NCBI GenBank assembly: GCA_019239445.1
Contig: JAFAZV010000085.1
Coordinates: forward strand, 1,820-65,819
From: Solirubrobacterales bacterium
GTDB taxonomy: Bacteria > Actinomycetota > Thermoleophilia > Solirubrobacterales > Solirubrobacteraceae
Length of the DNA stretch: 64,000 nt
Direction of reading: 5' to 3'
A program made the position numbers and the translations under genes. Position 1 is the first letter of the stretch; each line of letters begins with the position of its first letter. Positions 1 to 11,360 of the stretch are shown piece after piece. The notes below the pieces were generated by a model. That model saw only the letters and a program-made list of their open reading frames with translations. It was not told the DNA's origin and ran no database searches.

Positions 1-1944
1 GTGGAGCAAAGCGCCGGTCGGCGTCTGCAGCGTCAGCGGTGAGCCGGCGCCGAGATGGAAGGCGCTTGCGTAGCTGTCGGAGACAACCGCGCCCCTGGCA
101 CCCATCGAAGCCGGCGTCGCCGGGCTGCCCACTTTCCACTTCAGCGAGATGACCTGGCTCATCTGCGGGTCGACGGCGGTGACCGGCTTCCGGGAGCCGA
201 ACACCCGAGCCTGGCCGGCGCGCACTCCGGAAACGACCTCGACCCCCGGGACCCGACGCACCGCACCCGCGGCGGCAACACCGATGGGCGTGAAGTTGTC
301 GGTCGAGGTGAGCGCGTAGTTGGCGACGAACACTTGGTTGACCGAATCCTGGAAGCGGGTGCGGAGGCCCGCCGCGAGCACGCCGACCAACGTCACCAGG
401 GTGAGGCCGATCATCAACGCCGACGCGGTCGACGCCGTGCGGGCCGGGTTGCGGACGGCGTTGCCGCGTGCGAGTGAGCCGGCGGCGCCCCCAATGCGGG
501 TGGCCGGCCAGCCCAGAACCCGTGCGAGCGGAGGAACCAGCTTGGGCGCGAGCATCGCGACGCCGACGAACAACGCCAATGTTCCGAGTCCGATGGCGAG
601 CAGCCGCGGCGCGGTGTGAAGCCCGCTGACGAACAGCCCCACGAGCATCAGCGCCACCGCCAGCGCGATCGTCGCCGCCGCCGGATAGGCGCCGTAGCGA
701 GCCCATCGCGAGGGCGGCAGTACGGCGCCCTCACGCACCGCCGCGATCGGCGGCACGCGCGTCGCACGCAGAGCCGGCCGCATCGCCGCAGCGAGCGTGA
801 TCAGGATGCCCACGAGCAGCGAGACGATGATCGTCCGGGTCTTGAATATCGGGCTCGCCTGCGGCAGATCGATGCCGAAGGACACGAACAGCTGATTGAG
901 CAGCTTGGCCAGCCCGAAGCCGAGGAACAGCCCCACGACCGATGCCAGGGTTCCGATCACCAACGCCTCGATCAGCACCGAGCGAAGCACCTGGCGGCCG
1001 GTGGCGCCGAGGGTGCGCATCGTGGCCAGCTCGCGCGTGCGCTGCGCGATCGTGATCGACAGCGTGTTGGCGATCACGAAGCTACCCACGAACAACGCCA
1101 CGCCACCGAACGCGAGCAGGAAGTCCTGAAAGATGTTGAGGAAGCCGCTCGTGTCCTTGGTCGCCTGTTGGGCCTGCTGCTGGCCGGTCCTCACCTGCGC
1201 GCTCGCCGGCAGCAGCGGCTGGATCTCGCTCACCAGCCGCTGAGGCGGAACGCCCTGCTTAGTAGCGACGTTGATCGTGTCGTAGCGCCCGACCTTGTGA
1301 AACAGTCGCTGCGCGGTGGGCAGCGTGAACACAGCGATAGTCGCCCCGCCGAGCGAGGAGACATCGGCGAACTTGACGATCCCGGCAATGCGGAAGCGTT
1401 CCTCTGGTCCTCGCGCCACCACCCCGATCGTCTCCCCGACGGTGAAGTTGTCGCGGCTCGCGGTGGCGGAGTCGATGTTGATCTGATCAGGCCCGCTGGG
1501 CCAGCCACCGTTGGTCAGCGTCAACGGGTTGAACCGTTGGCCGCCCGGCGAGTAGCTGAAGGCCAGCCCCGGGGCGCCGCCGCGCGAGATGACCTTGCCG
1601 TTGCGGCCGACCAGCCGAGCCGAATCAGAGATGCCGCCGGTCGCCAGCGCGACTCCAGGTAGCTGCTGAACCTGCGCCAGCAACGGACCCGGCAACGAGG
1701 GAGTCGAGTTGTTGCCCCCGTTACCGCCGCCGCCGCCGTTTTCCGAGCCGATCGCGCTCTTGCCGGTGATCACGGCATCGGTGTGCCGGTAGACGGTGGT
1801 GAATACGGTCGAGAAGGCGGCCTTGATCGTGTCCGTGAGGACGTAAGTGCCGCTCACCATCGCCACGCCGAGGACGATCGCAATCGCGGTCAGCGACGCC
1901 CGCAGCTTCCGTCCCAGCAGTCCCTTGAGCGCGACGGCGGTCAT
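1..1944 (-). CDS. ABC transporter permease, FtsX/MacB-like (3' end runs off the window)
   Basis: Not in the ORF track. Manual translation from ATG at 1944 (TGATG overlap with the ATPase stop) gives [39 protein letters not shown]..., later FVIANTLSITIAQRTRELATMRTLGATGRQV, typical FtsX-family motifs. Confidence 0.9.
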   Translation of the reverse strand, partial: MTAVALKGLLGRKLRASLTAIAIVLGVAMVSGTYVLTDTIKAAFSTVFTTVYRHTDAVITGKSAIGSENGGGGGNGGNNSTPSLPGPLLAQVQQLPGVALATGGISDSARLVGRNGKVISRGGAPGLAFSYSPGGQRFNPLTLTNGGWPSGPDQINIDSATASRDNFTVGETIGVVARGPEERFRIAGIVKFADVSSLGGATIAVFTLPTAQRLFHKVGRYDTINVATKQGVPPQRLVSEIQPLLPASAQVRTGQQQAQQATKDTSGFLNIFQDFLLAFGGVALFVGSFVIANTLSITIAQRTRELATMRTLGATGRQVLRSVLIEALVIGTLASVVGLFLGFGLAKLLNQLFVSFGIDLPQASPIFKTRTIIVSLLVGILITLAAAMRPALRATRVPPIAAVREGAVLPPSRWARYGAYPAAATIALAVALMLVGLFVSGLHTAPRLLAIGLGTLALFVGVAMLAPKLVPPLARVLGWPATRIGGAAGSLARGNAVRNPARTASTASALMIGLTLVTLVGVLAAGLRTRFQDSVNQVFVANYALTSTDNFTPIGVAAAGAVRRVPGVEVVSGVRAGQARVFGSRKPVTAVDPQMSQVISLKWKVGSPATPASMGARGAVVSDSYASAFHLGAGSPLTLQTPTGALLH

Positions 1945-2696
1945 CAGTCGAGCGTGCTCATGACCTCGAGCACATCAGCGGCGGTGGATCCGACCAGCTC
2001 TCTGACGATCTGCCCGTCCGCCAGCACCAGGATCCGGTCCGCGATAGAGGCCACACGGGCGTCATGAGTGACCATCACCAGTGTCTGGCCGTAGGCGTCA
2101 GCCGAGTCGCGCAGGAGCTCCAGGATCTCGCTCCCGGTCCGCGAGTCGAGGTTACCGGTCGGCTCGTCGGCGAGGAGGATCGTCGGGCGAGTGATCAGCG
2201 ACCGGGCGATCGCCACGCGCTGCTGCTCGCCACCTGAGAGCTGCGCCGGGCGGTGCGAGCGCCGGGCGCTCAACCCGGTCTTGCGCAGGAGCTCGTCCAG
2301 CCACTGCCGGTCCGGCCGCTCGCCAGCGATCGACAGGGGCAGGACGATGTTCTCCTCGGCGTCGAGCATCGGGAGGAGGTTGAAGAATTGGAACACGAAG
2401 CCGATGTGCTCGCGGCGCAGGAGCGTGAGCTTGGCGTCGTCGAGGCCGCTGATCTCGGTCCCCGCGATGCGGACGCTCCCGGTGGTGGGCTTGTCGAGTC
2501 CGGCGAGGATGTGCATCAGGGTCGACTTGCCCGAGCCGGACGGACCCATGACGGCCACCAACTCGCCGCCGCGCACGTCCAGCGAGACCCCACGCAGCGC
2601 GTGCACCGCGGTGGCCCCTTCGCCGTAGCGGCGCTCGAGATCGCGGGCCGTGACTGCGTTCTTGCCGTCGGAGGTGTCGGCTGGTGGCGAGGTCAT
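1944..2696 (-). CDS. ABC transporter ATP-binding protein (LolD/MacB-type)
   Basis: Walker [10 protein letters not shown], signature [29 protein letters not shown]. Start trimmed to ATG 2696. Confidence 0.93.
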   Translation of the reverse strand: MTSPPADTSDGKNAVTARDLERRYGEGATAVHALRGVSLDVRGGELVAVMGPSGSGKSTLMHILAGLDKPTTGSVRIAGTEISGLDDAKLTLLRREHIGFVFQFFNLLPMLDAEENIVLPLSIAGERPDRQWLDELLRKTGLSARRSHRPAQLSGGEQQRVAIARSLITRPTILLADEPTGNLDSRTGSEILELLRDSADAYGQTLVMVTHDARVASIADRILVLADGQIVRELVGSTAADVLEVMSTLD

Positions 2697-2837
2697 AGAC
2701 GACACAATTGTCGTCTTCTGGCGTGCAGAACGCGTTACGCCCTCGCCCTGATCGGCACGCGGCCCGGACGCGGAGGCCCGGTGCTCGCGGGATCGGTCGG
2801 CGCGCGAATATCCTTTGGGCCCCCCGAAGGCTGAAAG

Positions 2838-4532
2838 ATGGCTGCAAGCTACGACAAGTTCCGCCGGCTGCTGGACGTCGGAAGGGCGCTGGTGGCCGAA
2901 CTTGACCCAGACGCGGTGCTCGAGCGGATCCTCGATGAGGCCCGCGAAGTCACCGGCGCCCGGTACGCGGCCCTCGGGGTTCTGGGCGAGCAGCGGCGCG
3001 AGCTCGAACGCTTCGTCAGCGCGGGGCTCGACCACGAGCAGACGCTGCGCGCGATCGGGACGCTTCCACGCGGCCGAGGCGTGCTAGGCGCGCTGATCGA
3101 GGATCCTCGCCCGCTGCGCGTAGCCGATGTCGGGCGCCACCCGCTGAGCTACGGGTTCCCGCCCGGGCATCCCGAGATGCGGAGCTTCCTCGGCGTCCCG
3201 ATCGTGATCCGCGGCGAGGTTTGGGGCAACCTCTACCTGACGGAGAAGCAGGGCGCGGACGAGTTCACCGAAGAAGATGAGGAAGCCGCAGTAACCCTCG
3301 GCCAGTGGGCTGCGACGGCGATCGAGAACGCTCGGCTGTACAAAGCCAGCGAGCGCCGGCGCGAGCAGCTCGAGCGCGCGGTGCGCTCCCTCGAGGCGGC
3401 CCAGGACATCACTGACGCGATCAGCAGCGTCGATGACCTCGACCACGTGCTCGAGCTGATCGTCAAGCGGGGACGCGCCCTCGTCAAAGCGCAGAGCTTG
3501 TTGATCATGCTGTGCGAGGGCGAGGAGCTGGTGGTCGCGGCGGCCGCGGGACACACGGCCGAGGCGCGCGGGGCGCGGCTGCCGATCTCAGGCTCCACCT
3601 CCGGCCGGGTGCTGCAGCACGGCCATCCTGAGCGGGTTCACGACGCAGCATCGCACCTCCTCGTGGCCCCGGCCAAGTTGGGGGTCCCCGACGCGCACAC
3701 GGCGCTGCTCGTCCCAATGATCCACCGGGGAGCGCGGGTGGGCGTGCTGGCGGCTTTCGACCGCGGCACGGACGGTCAGCCGTTCACCCCCGAGGACGAG
3801 CAGCTGCTGCGGAGCTTCGCTCAGGCGGCGGCGAGCGCCGTGACGATCAACCGAAGCGTCGAAGCCGCCCGCCTCGGATCCGCGATCGCCGCGGCGGATG
3901 CCGAGCGTGGGCGGTGGGCGCGGGAGCTGCACGACCAGACGCTGCAAGCTCTCGGTGGCTTGCGCGTGCTGCTGGCTTCGGCCCGGCGACGCAGCGAAGC
4001 CGGCGCCAAAGACTCGGCAATCGCGCAGGCGATCGACGATATCGAGCTCGAAATCGACAACCTGCGCGCGATCATCAGCGATCTGCGGCCGGCGCTGCTC
4101 GAGGACCTCGGGCTGCAGCCGGCGATCGATGCCCTGCTCGAGCGCCAGCGCCACGGCGGGCTCGAAATCGTCAGTGAGCTCGGACTGGATGAGGCCGAGC
4201 TTCATCCTGAGCTCGAGATGACGGTCTACCGGCTCGTGCAGGAGAGCCTGACCAACGTGGTCAAGCACGCGCGCGCGACGCGGGTTCATCTCACGATCCG
4301 CGCCGGGGAGCGTGGCGTGCTGGTCGAGGTGCGCGACGACGGCGTTGGCTTCGACACCGAGGCGCAGACGAGCGGCTTCGGCTTGGCCGGGCTGCGCGAG
4401 CGCGTGTATCTGGCCGGCGGCACCCTGACGCTGTCCTCGGGCGCGGACGGGACTACGGTGCGCGCGCAGCTGCCGCCCGCGACAAGCGGCGGCGAGGCGC
4501 GTTCATCCGTGAGCGTGCGCCGTAGCGCTTAG
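2838..4532 (+). CDS. GAF-GAF sensor histidine kinase, DosS/DosT (DevS)-like, HisKA_3
   Basis: GAF-A HPLSYGFPPGHPEMRSFLGVP...LYLTEK resembles the DosS heme-GAF; H-box RELHDQ; N-box QESLTNVVKHA; DDGVGF; GFGLAG. Confidence 0.9.
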   Translation: MAASYDKFRRLLDVGRALVAELDPDAVLERILDEAREVTGARYAALGVLGEQRRELERFVSAGLDHEQTLRAIGTLPRGRGVLGALIEDPRPLRVADVGRHPLSYGFPPGHPEMRSFLGVPIVIRGEVWGNLYLTEKQGADEFTEEDEEAAVTLGQWAATAIENARLYKASERRREQLERAVRSLEAAQDITDAISSVDDLDHVLELIVKRGRALVKAQSLLIMLCEGEELVVAAAAGHTAEARGARLPISGSTSGRVLQHGHPERVHDAASHLLVAPAKLGVPDAHTALLVPMIHRGARVGVLAAFDRGTDGQPFTPEDEQLLRSFAQAAASAVTINRSVEAARLGSAIAAADAERGRWARELHDQTLQALGGLRVLLASARRRSEAGAKDSAIAQAIDDIELEIDNLRAIISDLRPALLEDLGLQPAIDALLERQRHGGLEIVSELGLDEAELHPELEMTVYRLVQESLTNVVKHARATRVHLTIRAGERGVLVEVRDDGVGFDTEAQTSGFGLAGLRERVYLAGGTLTLSSGADGTTVRAQLPPATSGGEARSSVSVRRSA

Positions 4533-4562
4533 CGCGCGCTGGCTACGGCGAGACGTGAACGA

Positions 4563-5963
<1,401 letters not shown>

Positions 5964-6022
5964 CTACGGCATCGCGCCGGAGCCGCTTGTTCAGACCGGC
6001 TGCGTGCGCATAGAGTGCATGA

Positions 6023-7051
6023 ATGCGCATTGGACTCCTGACCGGGGGCGGCGACTGCCCGGGACTCAACGCGGTGATCCGCGCCATCGTGCGGAAGGGC
6101 GTCGACCACTACGGCGATGAAACACTGGGCTTTCGCGACGGGTGGCGCGGCGTGCTCGAGGGGTCCTTCGAGCCGCTGACGCTCGACTCTGTCCGCGGCA
6201 TCCTGCCCCGGGGCGGCACGATCCTGCGCAGCTCGCGCACGAACCCGTACAAACGCGAGAACGGCGTCGAGCAGGTTCGCCAGACGCTCGCCGAGCACCG
6301 CGTCGACGGACTGATCGCGATCGGCGGCGAGGACACCCTCGGCGCCGCCAAACGCCTGTACGACGACGGGATCAACGTCATCGGCGTGCCCAAGACGATT
6401 GACAACGACCTCGGCGCGACCGATCAGACTTTCGGCTTCGACACCGCGCTGCACATCGCCACCGAGGCAGTCGACCGGCTGCACACCACGGCCGAGAGTC
6501 ACAACCGCTGCCTCGTCGTGGAGGTCATGGGCCGCCACGCAGGCTGGATCGCACTGCATTCGGGAGTCGCGGGCGGCGCCGACGTGATCTTGATCCCCGA
6601 GCTTCCGTTCGACATCGAGGAGGTCTGCCAGCTGATCCGCCGCCGCCATCAGCGCGGGCGCTACTTCTCCATCGTGGTCGCCGCTGAGGGCGCAACGCCG
6701 AAGGAGGGCACGCTCGAAGTCTCCTCAGGGCAGGTGGACGAATTCGGCCACGAGCGCCTGGGCGGGATCGGCCACGTGCTGGAGCGCGACATCGAGTCAC
6801 GCACGGGCTATGAGACGCGCGCCACCGTGCTCGGCCACGTGCAGCGGGGAGGGAGCCCGACGGCGTTCGACCGTGTCCTCGCCACGCGCCTCGGTCTGGC
6901 GGCTATCGACGCCGCCCATGACAGCGGCTGGGGCACGATGACCTCGCTGCGTTCGACCAACATCGACCTGGTGCCGCTGGCGGAGGCCGTGGCGACGCTG
7001 AAGCAGGTGCCGGTCGAGGAGTATCAGCGCCTCGGCGTTCTGTTCGGCTGA
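6023..7051 (+). CDS. pfkA: 6-phosphofructokinase, group III (GGED/PKTIDND, PPi-type signature)
   Basis: GGGDCPGLN, IGGEDT, PKTIDND, MGRHAG, LGHVQRGG. Confidence 0.93.
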   Translation: MRIGLLTGGGDCPGLNAVIRAIVRKGVDHYGDETLGFRDGWRGVLEGSFEPLTLDSVRGILPRGGTILRSSRTNPYKRENGVEQVRQTLAEHRVDGLIAIGGEDTLGAAKRLYDDGINVIGVPKTIDNDLGATDQTFGFDTALHIATEAVDRLHTTAESHNRCLVVEVMGRHAGWIALHSGVAGGADVILIPELPFDIEEVCQLIRRRHQRGRYFSIVVAAEGATPKEGTLEVSSGQVDEFGHERLGGIGHVLERDIESRTGYETRATVLGHVQRGGSPTAFDRVLATRLGLAAIDAAHDSGWGTMTSLRSTNIDLVPLAEAVATLKQVPVEEYQRLGVLFG

Positions 7052-7054
7052 TAA

Positions 7055-7082
7055 GGCGCCGCGGCTAGTAACCCGCGGCGCC
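7055..7082. terminator. stem-loop between convergent pfk and aldolase genes
   Basis: GGCGCCGCGG-ctagtaac-CCGCGGCGCC, perfect 10-bp stem; no U-tract. Confidence 0.6.
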
Positions 7083-7114
7083 CGGTAAACGTCTAAGCCC
7101 GTCGCGCCTGCCCG

Positions 7115-8203
7115 CTAAGCGACCGTGATCTCGGTCGACAGGTAGACGTCCTGGATCGCATTCACCAGCTTGATCCCCTCTTCCATCGGACGCTGGAACG
7201 CCTTGCGACCGCTGATCAAACCGGTGCCGCCGGCACGCTTGTTGATCACCGCCGTGCGTACCACCTCGGCCAGATCCGACTCGCCGGAGGAGGCACCGCC
7301 GCTGTTGATCAGGCCGGCGCGCCCCATGTAGCAGTTGGCGACTTGATAGCGGCACAGGTCGATGGGGTGGTCGGAGCTCAGCTCGCTGTAGACCAGCTTC
7401 GAGGTCTTGCCGTAGCTCGTGCCGTTGCTGTTCATCGCGCCGTAGCCGTTGTTGTTCTCAGGCAGCTTCTGCTTGATGATGTCCGCCTCGATCGTAACGC
7501 CGAGGTGATTGGCCTGGCCGGTGAGGTCGGCCGACAGGTGGTAATCCTTGTCGGCCTTGAACGCGGGGTTGCGCAGGTAGCACCACAGAACGGTGAACAT
7601 GCCGAGGCGGTGGGCCTCCTCAAACGCCTCGCTGACCTCGCGCAGCTGGCGCGTGCTCTCGGGGCTGCCGAAGTAGATCGTCGCCCCAACGCCGGCGGCC
7701 CCCATGTCCAAGGCCCGCTGCACGCTCGCGAACGGGACCTGATCGAAGCGGTTGGGGTAGGTGAGCAGCTCGTTGTGGTTGAGCTTGACGATGAACGGGA
7801 TCCGGTGCGCGTACTTGCGCGACACCGCACCGAGGACGCCCACCGTGGAGGCCACCGCGTTGCAGCCGCCCTCGACGGCCAGCTCGACGATGTGCCCGGG
7901 ATCGAAGTAGGCCGGGTTGGGTGCGAAGCTCGCGCCGGCGCTGTGCTCGATGCCCTGGTCCACCGGAAGGATGGAGAGATAGCCGGTGCCGGCCAGGCGC
8001 CCGTGGTTGAACATCTGGCGGAGGTTGCGCAGCGTGGCCGTGCTGCGGTCTGTCTCGAGCAGCACGCGGTCGATGAAGTCCGGCCCGGGCAGGTGCAGCA
8101 GCGAGCTGTCGATGGTTTCGCTGCGGTGCTCGAGCAGGTCGCTCGCATCGTCTCCAAGCAGATCGGTCACGAAGTCGAGGCTGGGCGCGGTGATCGTCGC
8201 CAT
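7115..8203 (-). CDS. fbaB: class I fructose-bisphosphate aldolase (FbaB/DhnA)
   Basis: [22 protein letters not shown], Schiff-base [19 protein letters not shown]. Confidence 0.95.
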   Translation of the reverse strand: MATITAPSLDFVTDLLGDDASDLLEHRSETIDSSLLHLPGPDFIDRVLLETDRSTATLRNLRQMFNHGRLAGTGYLSILPVDQGIEHSAGASFAPNPAYFDPGHIVELAVEGGCNAVASTVGVLGAVSRKYAHRIPFIVKLNHNELLTYPNRFDQVPFASVQRALDMGAAGVGATIYFGSPESTRQLREVSEAFEEAHRLGMFTVLWCYLRNPAFKADKDYHLSADLTGQANHLGVTIEADIIKQKLPENNNGYGAMNSNGTSYGKTSKLVYSELSSDHPIDLCRYQVANCYMGRAGLINSGGASSGESDLAEVVRTAVINKRAGGTGLISGRKAFQRPMEEGIKLVNAIQDVYLSTEITVA

Positions 8204-8236
8204 GGCGGTTCCCCTTTGTCTGGTTCAGCGTGGAGG

Positions 8237-10912
8237 TTAGCCCGGAACGAGGTCCGGAGACATCGGTGTTTTCGCGAACCCCTCCTCGGACTCGCGCGGG
8301 TTGGCGATTGCCGCCTGCGCGGCCGCCACGCGGGCGATGGGGACCCGGAAGGGCGAGCAGCTCACGTAGTCGAGCCCAGCACGGTGGAAGAAGCGGATCG
8401 AATCGGGATCCCCGCCGTGCTCACCGCACACGCCGAGCTCGAGGTCGGGCCGCTCGCGGCGACCGCGATCGCATGCCATCTGCACGAGCGCGCCGATACC
8501 CGGCTCGTCGATCGTCGCAAACGGGGAGCCTGAAAGGATCTTTTCCTCCACGTAGCGAGGCACGATCCGGCCTTCGATGTCATCGCGCGAGAAGCCGAGG
8601 CCGCACTGCGTGAGGTCGTTGGTGCCGAACGAGAAGAACTCGGCGTGATGAGCGATGCGACCGGCGATCAGGCAGGCCCGCGGGAGCTCGATCATCGTCC
8701 CGACGATGAAGTCGGCGCCGTAGGTCAGACCCTCCTCCTCGCTGACCGCCACGACGCGCGCCCGCACCAGCTCGAGCTCGCGCTCGTAGGCGACCAGCGG
8801 GATCATGATTTCGAGCTTCGGCGCCCGTTCGGTACGCCGCCGTACCACCAGGGCCGCGCGGGCGATCGCGCGGACCTGCATCTCGTAGATCTCGGGGTGG
8901 ATCACGCCGAGGCGGACGCCGCGCGTGCCGAGCATCGGGTTGGTTTCCTCCAGGGAGCGCATGCGCTCGAGCTGGTGCTCGAGCTCCTCGAGCTCCGGGC
9001 TGTTCTGCAGGCGCGCCCTGACAATCTGCTCGTGCAGCTCGAAGCGATCGGGAAGGAACTCGTGCAGCGGCGGGTCGAGCAGCCGGATGGTCACGGGAAA
9101 GCCGACCATCGCCTCGAACAGGCCCTCGAAGTCGCCCTGTTGAAGGGGCAGCAGCTCATCCAGCGCGGCTCGGCGTCCAGCCTCGTCGTCGGCCATGATC
9201 ATCGCGCGCATCTTCGGCTGGCGGTCCGCGGCCATGAACATGTGCTCGGTGCGGCACAACCCGATGCCTTCGGCGTGGAAGCGATGCGCGCGATCGGCGT
9301 CAACCGGCGTGTCGGCGTTCGCCCGCACGCCGATCTGGCGCAGCTCATCCGCCCACCGCAGCACGGTCTCGAAGCGCTCGTCCACGTGAGCCTCCACGAG
9401 CGGCACGTCGTCGGTGGTCACGGCGCCGGCCGAGCCGTCGATGGCGATCCGGTCACCACGATGCAGCACGCGGCCATCCACGTGTACCTCGCCCGCGTGC
9501 AGGTCGATGTCGAGATCGGCGGCGCCGGTCACCGCCGGGCGGCCCATTCCGCGCGCCACCAGCGCGGCGTGCGAGGCCTTGCCGCCCTCCGAGGTGAGGA
9601 TCCCGACGGCAGCGTGGAACCCGGCGACGTCATCCGCCTCCGTGAACGGCCGCACGAGGATCACCTTCTCCCCGTCCGCGGCCCGGTCGACCGCCTCCTG
9701 GGCGGTGAACACGATGGTGCCCTTGGCCGCGCCCGGTGAGGCCGCGACGCCACGCGCAATCACCTCGTAGTCGGCCGCGGGATCGAACGACGGGTGCAGC
9801 AGCGCGTCGAGCGAGCCGGCGTCGATCGTGGCCATGGCCTGCGCCTTGTCGAGCAGACCCTCCTCCACGGCGTCGACCGCGAAGCGCACGGCGGCTTGCG
9901 CAGGGCGCTTTGCGCTGCGCGTCTGCAGCATGTACAGCCGCCCCTCCTGGACCGTGAACTCAGTGTCTTGCATGTCCTGGTAGTGGCGCTCGAGCTGGCG
10001 CAGGATCGCCTTCAGGCGATCCGCCACCTCCGGCATCCACTCGCTCAGCTCGGAGAGGTCGAGCGGCGTCCGGACGCCGGAGACGACGTCCTCGCCCTGC
10101 GCTGCGGGCAGAAAATCTCCTGACGGCTCGGGCGAGCCGCTGAGCTCGTCGCGACTGAAGGCGACGCCCGAGCACGAGCCTTCGCCGAGGTTTCCGAACA
10201 CCATCTGCTGGACGTTGACCGCGGTTCCCCAGTCGTCGGGGATGCGGTTGATGCGCCGATACTGCACCGCGCGCTCGCCCACCCAGGAGTCGAACACCGC
10301 GCGGATCGCCTGCAGCAACTGTTCGCGCGGGTCGGCGGGGAAGTCGTAGAGCGAGCGGAAGCGCGCAGTGAGCTCTTTCAGCGCTTCGGCATCGAGATCG
10401 GTGTCGAGCTTGGCGCCGCGCTCGCGCTTGATCTCGGCGATCTCGTCCTCGAAGCGCTCGCCGGCGATTCCGCGGACGACGTTGCCGAACATCTGCACGA
10501 GCCGGCGATAGCAGTCCCAGGCGAACCGCTCATCGCCCGTGCGCGCGACCAGGCCGGCGATCGAGTCGTCATTCAGACCCAGGTTCAGCACCGTGTCGAG
10601 CATCCCGGGCATCGACTCCCGAGCGCCGGAGCGAACGGATAGCAGCAGCGGATCGCGCGGGTCGGCAAAGCGCTTGCCCGCAAGCTGCTCGAGGCGTGCG
10701 AGTGCGGCGTCGACCTGCTCCTCGAGGTCCGGCGGCGGCGTCCGGTTGGCGCGCATGTAGGCCACGCAGGCTTCGGTTGTGATCGTGAAGCCCGCGGGCA
10801 CCACGTCGAGACCGAGGATCCGGGTCATCTCGGCGATGCCCGCGCCCTTGCCGCCGAGCAGCTCACGCATATCACGCGAGCCTTCGCCGAAGTCGTAGAC
10901 CCATTTGGTCAT
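8237..10912 (-). CDS. ppdK: pyruvate, phosphate dikinase
   Basis: LLGGKGA, SVRSGARESMPGM, phospho-His GGKASHAALVARG, GLCRTEHMF, FSFGTNDLTQ, VCGEHGGDP. Start ATG 10912. Confidence 0.96.
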   Translation of the reverse strand: MTKWVYDFGEGSRDMRELLGGKGAGIAEMTRILGLDVVPAGFTITTEACVAYMRANRTPPPDLEEQVDAALARLEQLAGKRFADPRDPLLLSVRSGARESMPGMLDTVLNLGLNDDSIAGLVARTGDERFAWDCYRRLVQMFGNVVRGIAGERFEDEIAEIKRERGAKLDTDLDAEALKELTARFRSLYDFPADPREQLLQAIRAVFDSWVGERAVQYRRINRIPDDWGTAVNVQQMVFGNLGEGSCSGVAFSRDELSGSPEPSGDFLPAAQGEDVVSGVRTPLDLSELSEWMPEVADRLKAILRQLERHYQDMQDTEFTVQEGRLYMLQTRSAKRPAQAAVRFAVDAVEEGLLDKAQAMATIDAGSLDALLHPSFDPAADYEVIARGVAASPGAAKGTIVFTAQEAVDRAADGEKVILVRPFTEADDVAGFHAAVGILTSEGGKASHAALVARGMGRPAVTGAADLDIDLHAGEVHVDGRVLHRGDRIAIDGSAGAVTTDDVPLVEAHVDERFETVLRWADELRQIGVRANADTPVDADRAHRFHAEGIGLCRTEHMFMAADRQPKMRAMIMADDEAGRRAALDELLPLQQGDFEGLFEAMVGFPVTIRLLDPPLHEFLPDRFELHEQIVRARLQNSPELEELEHQLERMRSLEETNPMLGTRGVRLGVIHPEIYEMQVRAIARAALVVRRRTERAPKLEIMIPLVAYERELELVRARVVAVSEEEGLTYGADFIVGTMIELPRACLIAGRIAHHAEFFSFGTNDLTQCGLGFSRDDIEGRIVPRYVEEKILSGSPFATIDEPGIGALVQMACDRGRRERPDLELGVCGEHGGDPDSIRFFHRAGLDYVSCSPFRVPIARVAAAQAAIANPRESEEGFAKTPMSPDLVPG

Positions 10913-10980
10913 CTGCAACCCCCTCACGGGACGCCGTGTGCGGAACGGGTGCGACGTTAGGCGGCACCTGACCGGGTCCC

Positions 10981-11109
10981 ATCCGTGCGCTTCCGCGCAC
11001 CTCTGCGGGTTCCTACCGAGGAACCTGTCCTCCGCGAGCGGACCCTGACCTTGGCCGTTCAACGGTCATCCGGGTAAACCCGCAAGGCCCCGTGCGGAAA
11101 ACATCGGGT
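10981..11109. promoter_or_regulatory. cluster of four putative 18-bp regulator boxes between divergent ppdK and the PFOR operon
   Basis: 10981 ATCCGTGC-GC-TTCCGCGC; 11003 CTGCGGGT-TC-CTACCGAG; 11068 ATCCGGGT-AA-ACCCGCAA; 11092 GTGCGGAA-AA-CATCGGGT. Confidence 0.45.
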
Positions 11110-11163
11110 GATCTGCCGTTTGGCCCCGATGAGCTTCGCCCGGGGCCGGCTTACCGTGCGGAC

Positions 11164-11358
11164 ATGACCAGTTCGCCTGACAGCCACCCGCCTGGCGGCT
11201 CTGCAGACGAGCGCGCCGAGCTGTTCGAGCAGCTTCGCCAGCGAAACGAAAGGCGCGCCAAGCTCGCGCAGCAGATGCGCGCCGAGCGCCAGCTTCATCT
11301 GAAGGTCGAGCGGGTCATCCAGGCTCACCGCAAGCGCCGACCGCCCACGGCGCGCTGA
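11164..11358 (+). CDS. small basic helical hypothetical protein (64 aa)
   Basis: ATG 11164; stop lies 2 nt before the next gene; charged, helix-like ERAELFEQLRQRNERRAKLAQQMRAER. Confidence 0.5.
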   Translation: MTSSPDSHPPGGSADERAELFEQLRQRNERRAKLAQQMRAERQLHLKVERVIQAHRKRRPPTAR

Positions 11359-11360
11359 GC

